From contig SMVS01000043.1 of NCBI GenBank assembly GCA_004357435.1, forward strand, positions 1-43,823: 43,823 bases of DNA. Reading direction: 5' to 3'. Shown one piece after another: positions 38,123 to 43,823 of this stretch (the stretch's first letter is position 1; each line of letters begins with the position of its first letter). The stretch is from Nitrospina sp. GTDB taxonomy: Bacteria > Nitrospinota > Nitrospinia > Nitrospinales > Nitrospinaceae. The translations under genes were made by a program, and so were the position numbers. Under the pieces are notes generated by a model that was not told the origin of the DNA, did not search any database, and worked only from the letters and a program-made list of their open reading frames with translations.

Positions 38123-38163
38123 CGTTCGGATCAAATCCTCGGCAATCCCCCCGCACTCGAACC

Positions 38164-39015
38164 GTGAATCTTTCTAAAAAGTATTGGTTCTTTTTATTTT
38201 TGTGTCTTCCGTTCAGCCTGGCCTCCTGTCAGACCGAATCCTCTCCACAAAATCCACCCGCGACTCAGATTTCCCCAATCGATCAGAAGGAAATGGTTTT
38301 GGTTCCCGCCGGCAAGTTTATCATGGGGACCGATAAGGTGGATCCTGATAACACCCACCAGAAAATTGGAACCATCAAGCCTCTTTATCTGGATCAGCAT
38401 CCGCAACGCGCCGTGGACCTGGGCGCGTTTTATATGGACAAATATGAAGTGACCCACCGCGAGTACATGCAGTTTGTGGAGGCGACCCTGTTCAATGAAT
38501 GGCCCACGAACTGGGTGGACGGAAAAATTCCGGCAGGCTTGGAAAATCACCCGGTAACCAATATCACTTGGCGCGAAGCTCTGGCCTATGCGCTGTGGGC
38601 GGGAAAACTGTTGCCCACGGAGGAACAATGGGAAAAGGCCGCGCGTGGTACCGATGGGCGTTTATACCCGTGGGGAAACGAATACACTAAAGGCGTTGCC
38701 AACATAGGAATAGACGCCGCAAAAAAAACCATGCCGGTGGGCAGTTTCCCGCAGGATGTGAGTCCCTATGGCCTTTACGATATGGGCGGTAACGTTATGG
38801 AATGGAGTCTGGACTGGTACCTGCCGTATCCGGGCAGTGATCACCCAAGCAAAAAGTTTGGGAGAAGGCTGAAGGTTTTGAGAGGCAACTCATTTCATTC
38901 CGGAGGGCATTATTTTCTGGAGGCGTATCGCTATGTATTTTCCCGCACGGAAGTGGACCCGGACGACTATTTTGAAAATGTAGGATTCCGCTGTGTTATG
39001 TCTCCTGCCGGTTAG
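38164..39015 (+). CDS. FGE-sulfatase/SUMF1 domain lipoprotein
   Basis: Lipobox FSLASC. Motifs YMDKYEVTHREY, ITWREALAYALWAGKLLPTEEQWEKAARG, YPWGN, YDMGGNVMEWSLDW and GFRC. GTG start. Confidence 0.85.
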   Translation: MNLSKKYWFFLFLCLPFSLASCQTESSPQNPPATQISPIDQKEMVLVPAGKFIMGTDKVDPDNTHQKIGTIKPLYLDQHPQRAVDLGAFYMDKYEVTHREYMQFVEATLFNEWPTNWVDGKIPAGLENHPVTNITWREALAYALWAGKLLPTEEQWEKAARGTDGRLYPWGNEYTKGVANIGIDAAKKTMPVGSFPQDVSPYGLYDMGGNVMEWSLDWYLPYPGSDHPSKKFGRRLKVLRGNSFHSGGHYFLEAYRYVFSRTEVDPDDYFENVGFRCVMSPAG

Positions 39016-39370
39016 GCGCCGCTGAATTTTTTTTGCCCCGATTCAGGGGCCGCCAGTAAAACGAAGAAAATACCAAAACAGCGAAAGCTATATCCATCAT
39101 AAATACCGATTTGGGATCGAACCAGGTCAGGTAAATAATCCGATTCAACCAGACAGCCAGGAACGAACCTTCATACGAGGTCCCGGTCAGGTTTTCTTCC
39201 ACCAGTGTCAGGGGGCAGGGAACCCCAAATATCATCAGCACCGTGATGCCCGCCAGCAGTCCCGCGTGGATCAGGCGGAGATATGTGTGGTTGGTGGCCA
39301 GCCCGACGGCGAACCCAATCAACAGGAACAAAATAGTTGTCAGGTGAGCCGCTTGCACGATTTCTAACAT
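38996..39370 (-). CDS. DUF2784-like small membrane protein (tentative)
   Basis: About 4 TM segments, with GVPCPLTLVEENL resembling DUF2784. I prefer the ATG at 39370. It overlaps the convergent FGE gene by 20 nt. Confidence 0.55.
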   Translation of the reverse strand: MLEIVQAAHLTTILFLLIGFAVGLATNHTYLRLIHAGLLAGITVLMIFGVPCPLTLVEENLTGTSYEGSFLAVWLNRIIYLTWFDPKSVFMMDIAFAVLVFSSFYWRPLNRGKKNSAAPNRQET

Positions 39371-39459
39371 AGAGAACCTGTTTGGGTTGCAACCTGCCGG
39401 GAGAAGAGGAGTTGCCAACCGATGCGGACCCCTCGAAAAAAGAAATATTAAAAATCCGT

Positions 39460-40320
39460 CTATTCCAAAATAGTATTTTCGAGGATGGCGTTTTTAATAA
39501 TCGCCTTGGAAAGATTAGCGTCGATGAGATAAGCATCTTTCAAATTGGCCTCCGAAAAATTGGTGCCGTGCAAGTTTGCTTCCAGCAGAAACGCGCTTTT
39601 TAGATTCGTATTTTCCATGTTGGCGTAGGTCAGGTCCGCCCCCTCAAGATTGACTTCCTCCATTTCAACTCCCTTGCAAAAAGCATCCTTTAATTCGGCG
39701 CCGGTCAGATTGGCATGGGAGAGTTTTGTCTTCTTCATGGTGATCGAATTTAAGTTGGCATATTTTAGGTTGGCGCCTCGCAGATCCACCTGGGTCAGCT
39801 TGGAAAAACTGATGTCGGATCCTCTGGCATTGATGCCGTTCATTCTGCATTCTGAGATTTCCATGGAATTGGCATACACATACATCATTCTCGAAAAAGT
39901 CAAATTGCAGTGCTGAAATTTAACTTTCGCCAGATTGCTGTTGCTTAAGTTGGCGCCACGAAAATCACAGCCTTTAAAGGTGGCTCCCGTCAGTAAAGAA
40001 TTTTCGAGTGAGGCATTTCTGAAATTACAGTTGTTGATGGTTGCTCCCTCGAAATTGGTCTCCTGCAAGTTAGCTGACGTAAAGTTCACGTTATTCATTT
40101 TGGCTTTTTTGAATGAAGATTTAGGCAGGACGGCCTGGGAAAAATTGAGTTGTGCCAAGTCGGATCGATCCAGAATAGCCTCAGACAAGTCGGCGAATAT
40201 AAAGGTAATGCCCTTAAGTCCGATGCCCTTGAGGTTGTAAGAGGTGAAGTTGGCGCCGTCCTGGCATAAGTTTTTAGCGGTCAGAGCAATAACTTCTTCG
40301 ACATGGGACATGATTGACAT
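39460..40320 (-). CDS. pentapeptide repeat protein
   Basis: Nearly the whole 286 aa follows the A(D/N)LxX pattern (ANLSNSNLAKVKF, ANLKYANLNSITM, ADLTYANMENTNL ...). Confidence 0.9.
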   Translation of the reverse strand: MSIMSHVEEVIALTAKNLCQDGANFTSYNLKGIGLKGITFIFADLSEAILDRSDLAQLNFSQAVLPKSSFKKAKMNNVNFTSANLQETNFEGATINNCNFRNASLENSLLTGATFKGCDFRGANLSNSNLAKVKFQHCNLTFSRMMYVYANSMEISECRMNGINARGSDISFSKLTQVDLRGANLKYANLNSITMKKTKLSHANLTGAELKDAFCKGVEMEEVNLEGADLTYANMENTNLKSAFLLEANLHGTNFSEANLKDAYLIDANLSKAIIKNAILENTILE

Positions 40321-40368
40321 TCCAAATTATTAATGAATATTGTTTCTTAGAAACATATTAAGAGACTT

Positions 40369-42435
40369 TTAATTTTTCGAGCCCGTGGACCTTATTTTGA
40401 GTGACTTGATGAAATAGCCCTCGAGCCATTGAAATGAGTCGGTATCCTTGCGGCTTCCCGGCACAAATAACTTCAAAAAATTTTGATTTTGAAAATTGCT
40501 TCCGGTCACTCGGGGCGCCAGATCTACCAGGCAATGCGACACGCAATTGAGTCCTGAATAGGTTTTGCAAAATAGCTCTCCCCATGAGGTTAGGTATATC
40601 GTGACGACCGATCGTATTTTTTGCAAACGTTTGTTGATGAATTTAGAATATTCTGAAGCATTTTTGCAATCCTGAATATTTTCCATGGTTATTTCCCTGG
40701 GCACGGGGCTACCGAAATCTGCAATGATGAACGCCTGTTGAATGTGGTCTGTAGCCAGTAATTTTTCGTTGGCAATGTCAGCAATATTCATTTGCGATAA
40801 AAAGCTGGATAGCTCACCCAGTAAATTTTTGAGATCAATGTCATTCACCAAAGTATGTTCAGCTCGCAATAGAAGCGCGGTATCCTCATTGTACAGGTTG
40901 TTGAAACAGGTGAAGGCGATCAAAAATTGAAGGCTGGAGGCTTTTTTTATGATGCTCTCTTCTGGTATTTGTTCGATAAAAGCGAGGGTTTTGCCTCGAA
41001 TCAGGTACCACTCGTGTTTTCCTTTGGTATGCGATTGCTGGAGAAGAAAGGTCAGCTCCTTTTCGTTAGTGTCGCCATCCACCAAAGCGAAAAGGTTTTC
41101 CACTTTGTTTGCGGTTTTTCGATAAAAGCTGAAAAGTTTGCGTCCCAGCAGGTGAGTGTCACGCTCGGTTATCAGGCTTTCTCCTTCAGCCAATCGACTG
41201 TTTGCTTCTGAAATATTTTTATAACTGCTCATCAATATTTTATTGATATTCTCACCCAACGCCACTTTTTCCATCATTGGCCATTCTAAATAAGAATTCA
41301 AGTTGAGAACTTTTTCTTCAGGCCAGTTCCAGCCCCGGATTAGTTTGATGAGAACTTTTTTGTAGGGATCGGAGCTTCCCTCCTCCAAGTCCTGACGGTC
41401 CACCTTAGTGCCTACCTTGAGGTAAAAGGAAATGCGCAATGCATCCACCTCGATGTCTGGCTTGGTTTTGCTGAAAAATTTGTCCACTCTTTCGAATAAA
41501 TTCAGGTAGGTGTCTATCTGTTCATGAGGTGTTCCTATGAAAACCTTTTTCTTGATTTCATGGCAAAGTAAATTGGATCGAGTGTCATTAAACATATATT
41601 CTTCGAGCAGACCCATTTTCATTAGAGTCTTGAAGGGCGACTTGAATGATTTGATCAATGCCCATATGGAGCCCCCAAAAAATTCTCCCTGGGAAATGTC
41701 GTCCACGTTGCCGATGTCCAAAAAGTCATTGGCGTTCAGCAGGGTTTGATTGCTTTGAATCTGTCTGACGAGGAATTCATATTGATCGTCGTCGGTGTTG
41801 ACAGGGAAAATCCACCAGAAGGGAATTTTCCCTGCCGGGATCACTGCCGTTCGATACATTTCCTCTTTCAGAAGTTTGGCGAGCGCCGATCCGGTACTCT
41901 CGGTATTGCTTTCGCCAAAAATATTATTTTTGACTTCCTGGATATCATTGATGAAAAAATGGATTTCAAGTTTGTAGGTTTTCCAGGTCCATTCTTCAAT
42001 CATTTGTAATTTTTTTTGGAACAAGCTCAACTTGTCATCCGGCACACTATCCTTATTGATAAAAATTGTGAAGTCCGAATCGGATTTCTGGCTTTGGGCA
42101 ATGGAGCCGGTACTCCCCATTAGCAATACCGTTTCGATAAACGGAGTGAATTGCTCATTACGCCGGATGATAATGTTTGGAAACAATCGCTCGGAGGCGA
42201 ATCTGCATTCTGCATTCAAGGTGAAGTTATGGATCCCGCAGGGGACATCCTCCTGAATATAGCCCGGAAGGCCTTTTTGGTTGGCATGAAGGAGGCGCGG
42301 GATGACGGTGAAGACCTGACCGTCGAGAGTGGACAGCGTTTGTAAAATCCGATGGATTTTAAATTTATTGTATCGGATAAAAAGTTGCCGGTTGTTGAAC
42401 AAGGTACTGGAGATATCGGTAGTATTGGCAGTCAT
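40369..42435 (-). CDS. cyaA: class I (CyaA-type) adenylate cyclase homologue
   Basis: Alignment by eye to E. coli CyaA: GLPGYIQEDVPCGI, GSTGSIAQSQKSDSDFTIFI, EEMYRTAVIPAGKIPFWW, GGSIWALIKSFKSPFKTLMKMGLLEEY, ISFYLKV. Confidence 0.8.
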   Translation of the reverse strand: MTANTTDISSTLFNNRQLFIRYNKFKIHRILQTLSTLDGQVFTVIPRLLHANQKGLPGYIQEDVPCGIHNFTLNAECRFASERLFPNIIIRRNEQFTPFIETVLLMGSTGSIAQSQKSDSDFTIFINKDSVPDDKLSLFQKKLQMIEEWTWKTYKLEIHFFINDIQEVKNNIFGESNTESTGSALAKLLKEEMYRTAVIPAGKIPFWWIFPVNTDDDQYEFLVRQIQSNQTLLNANDFLDIGNVDDISQGEFFGGSIWALIKSFKSPFKTLMKMGLLEEYMFNDTRSNLLCHEIKKKVFIGTPHEQIDTYLNLFERVDKFFSKTKPDIEVDALRISFYLKVGTKVDRQDLEEGSSDPYKKVLIKLIRGWNWPEEKVLNLNSYLEWPMMEKVALGENINKILMSSYKNISEANSRLAEGESLITERDTHLLGRKLFSFYRKTANKVENLFALVDGDTNEKELTFLLQQSHTKGKHEWYLIRGKTLAFIEQIPEESIIKKASSLQFLIAFTCFNNLYNEDTALLLRAEHTLVNDIDLKNLLGELSSFLSQMNIADIANEKLLATDHIQQAFIIADFGSPVPREITMENIQDCKNASEYSKFINKRLQKIRSVVTIYLTSWGELFCKTYSGLNCVSHCLVDLAPRVTGSNFQNQNFLKLFVPGSRKDTDSFQWLEGYFIKSLKIRSTGSKN

Positions 42436-42715
42436 AAATTTTCGGTAATAGGGTTAAAACAAGTTTTATTGCTCCTAAATCAATTATAAGGGTTTGTTTT
42501 GGGAAAACCCTATAATTTCGCCTGAAATCGTTGCCCAGCAATTTTCAAGCCGAAGTGATTTTTGTGTCGGCAAAAGGTGCCCTAAAGTTATATAATTTTA
42601 AGGTAATAAATGACCTGTCTACGGTTCCCGGGAACTGCGCCCGCCTGATCGCGATGAGCTGGCTTCAGGCGACATCCTCCCTCATCCTGAATCTGAAATA
42701 CCCAACGGAAATTAT

Positions 42716-43823
42716 ATGTTCAAAAATGAGGCTGTCACAGCCACCCTAAAATCTCTTTGTAACCGTCGCATTGGTGTTGTTTTGTTTTTAGGCTTTTCCT
42801 CGGGATTACCTCTGGCGCTTACCGGGGGAACTCTCCAGGCCTGGATGACTGTAGAGGGGGTCAGTTTAAGTACTATAGGAATTTTTACTCTTGTGGGATT
42901 GCCCTACACCCTCAAGTTTTTGTGGTCACCCTTGGTGGATCGGTTTTCTCTCCCGTTTTTGGGTCGCAGGAGAGGATGGATTCTTGCTTTTCAAATAGTA
43001 TTAATGATCCTGATAGTAGCTATCAGTGGATCTTCTCCTCTAAGCGCGCCCATGATGGTCGCGATTCTGGCGTTGATGATTTCGTTTGCCTCAGCCTCTC
43101 AGGATATAGTCATTGACGCCTATAGGACAGATGTCCTGCATGAGCGGGAGCGAGGTCTGGGCGCCGCGGTGTATGTCACCGGCTACCGGATCGCGATGCT
43201 GGTATCAGGAGCTATGGCATTAATCTTATCCGAATATCTTGGCTGGCGTTTGACGTACATGTTCATGGCTGGACTCATGACGATCGGTCTGCTAGCCACC
43301 CTTTGGGGGCTCGAACCGGAAGAAAAGGTGATTCCTCCGAGAACAATGGAGGAAGCGGTTGAGGGACCCTTCAAGGAATTTTTTTCACGCAAAGGCGCTT
43401 GGTTTTTTCTGGCATTAATCATTCTATACAAACTGGGAGATGCTTTTGCCGGGACTCTGACCACGGCATTTTTAATTCGTGGCGTTGAGTTCTCGGTTGG
43501 AGAAGTCGGGACGATCAACAAGGGGATGGGGCTTGCGGCAACAATAATTGGCGCACTGTTCGGTGGCACGCTGATGTCGCGTTGGGGTTTGTACCGGTCA
43601 ATGATGACCTTTGGAATTCTGCAGGCGGTTTCAAATCTTTCATTTATGGTGCTCGCGGCCATCGGGAAAAGTTATCCGATGATGGTCTGCGCCGTGGCGT
43701 TTGAAAATCTAGCCGGTGGTATGGGGACAGCGGCTTTTGTCGGATTTTTAATGACGCTTTGCGACCATCGCTTCACCGCCACACAGTTTGCCCTGTTCTC
43801 AGCATTGGCTTCCATTGGGAGAG
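42716..43823 (+). CDS. ampG: AmpG family muropeptide MFS transporter (3' end outside the window)
   Basis: The frame is open from ATG 42716 to the window end and is absent from the ORF track because it has no stop. It reads LGFSSGLPLALTGGTLQAWM, GLPYTLKFLWSPLVDRF, GRRRGWIL, SQDIVIDAYRTD, which matches the AmpG signature. Confidence 0.85.
   Translation, partial: MFKNEAVTATLKSLCNRRIGVVLFLGFSSGLPLALTGGTLQAWMTVEGVSLSTIGIFTLVGLPYTLKFLWSPLVDRFSLPFLGRRRGWILAFQIVLMILIVAISGSSPLSAPMMVAILALMISFASASQDIVIDAYRTDVLHERERGLGAAVYVTGYRIAMLVSGAMALILSEYLGWRLTYMFMAGLMTIGLLATLWGLEPEEKVIPPRTMEEAVEGPFKEFFSRKGAWFFLALIILYKLGDAFAGTLTTAFLIRGVEFSVGEVGTINKGMGLAATIIGALFGGTLMSRWGLYRSMMTFGILQAVSNLSFMVLAAIGKSYPMMVCAVAFENLAGGMGTAAFVGFLMTLCDHRFTATQFALFSALASIGR

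Noticed and set aside
37065-39015. FGE-sulfatase and DUF1566 (C-type-lectin-fold) genes, here and at 6471-6896 and 9874-10773, as targets of a diversity-generating retroelement.
   Set aside because: The window has no reverse transcriptase ORF and no template/variable repeat pair. The C-termini (RGGSWDARKVDARTAKRFAASPGRKDSIVGFRC; RGNSFHSGGHYFLEAYRYVFSRTEVDPDDYFENVGFRC) lack the Asn/AAC-rich variable-region signature.

Overview
This 43.8-kb window looks like ordinary chromosome from a diderm bacterium. The taxon cannot be assigned from the sequence alone. I count about 47 protein-coding genes. I found no rRNA, tRNA, CRISPR array, transposase, integrase or phage genes.

Most genes are housekeeping:
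- clpS, gltA and a DAACS symporter
- an IMPase/HisN-like phosphatase
- rocD with a GNAT acetyltransferase and an FMN reductase
- a co-directional ilvN-ilvC-psd-pssA-accD block
- nth, rph, pyrD, alr, a CaCA antiporter, MlaA, a YyaL-type thioredoxin-domain protein and a partial ampG

I see no convincing defence or mobile system. The items most worth a second look are:
1. An AT-rich block holding a class I (CyaA-type) adenylate cyclase homologue followed by a pentapeptide-repeat protein.
2. A bactofilin-TM-TPR fusion protein behind a 532-nt repeat-rich leader.
3. Arrays of G/C-rich hairpins in the long intergenic regions on both sides of rph.
4. A chlorite-dismutase/HemQ-family protein fused to a PCP-reductase-like N-terminal domain.
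5. A YraN (UPF0102) gene broken by two in-frame TAA codons.
6. Paralogous C-type-lectin-fold genes (2 FGE-sulfatase, 2 leaderless DUF1566), one of them abutting alr.

All family calls come from motif recognition by eye. None has been confirmed by HMM or database searches.
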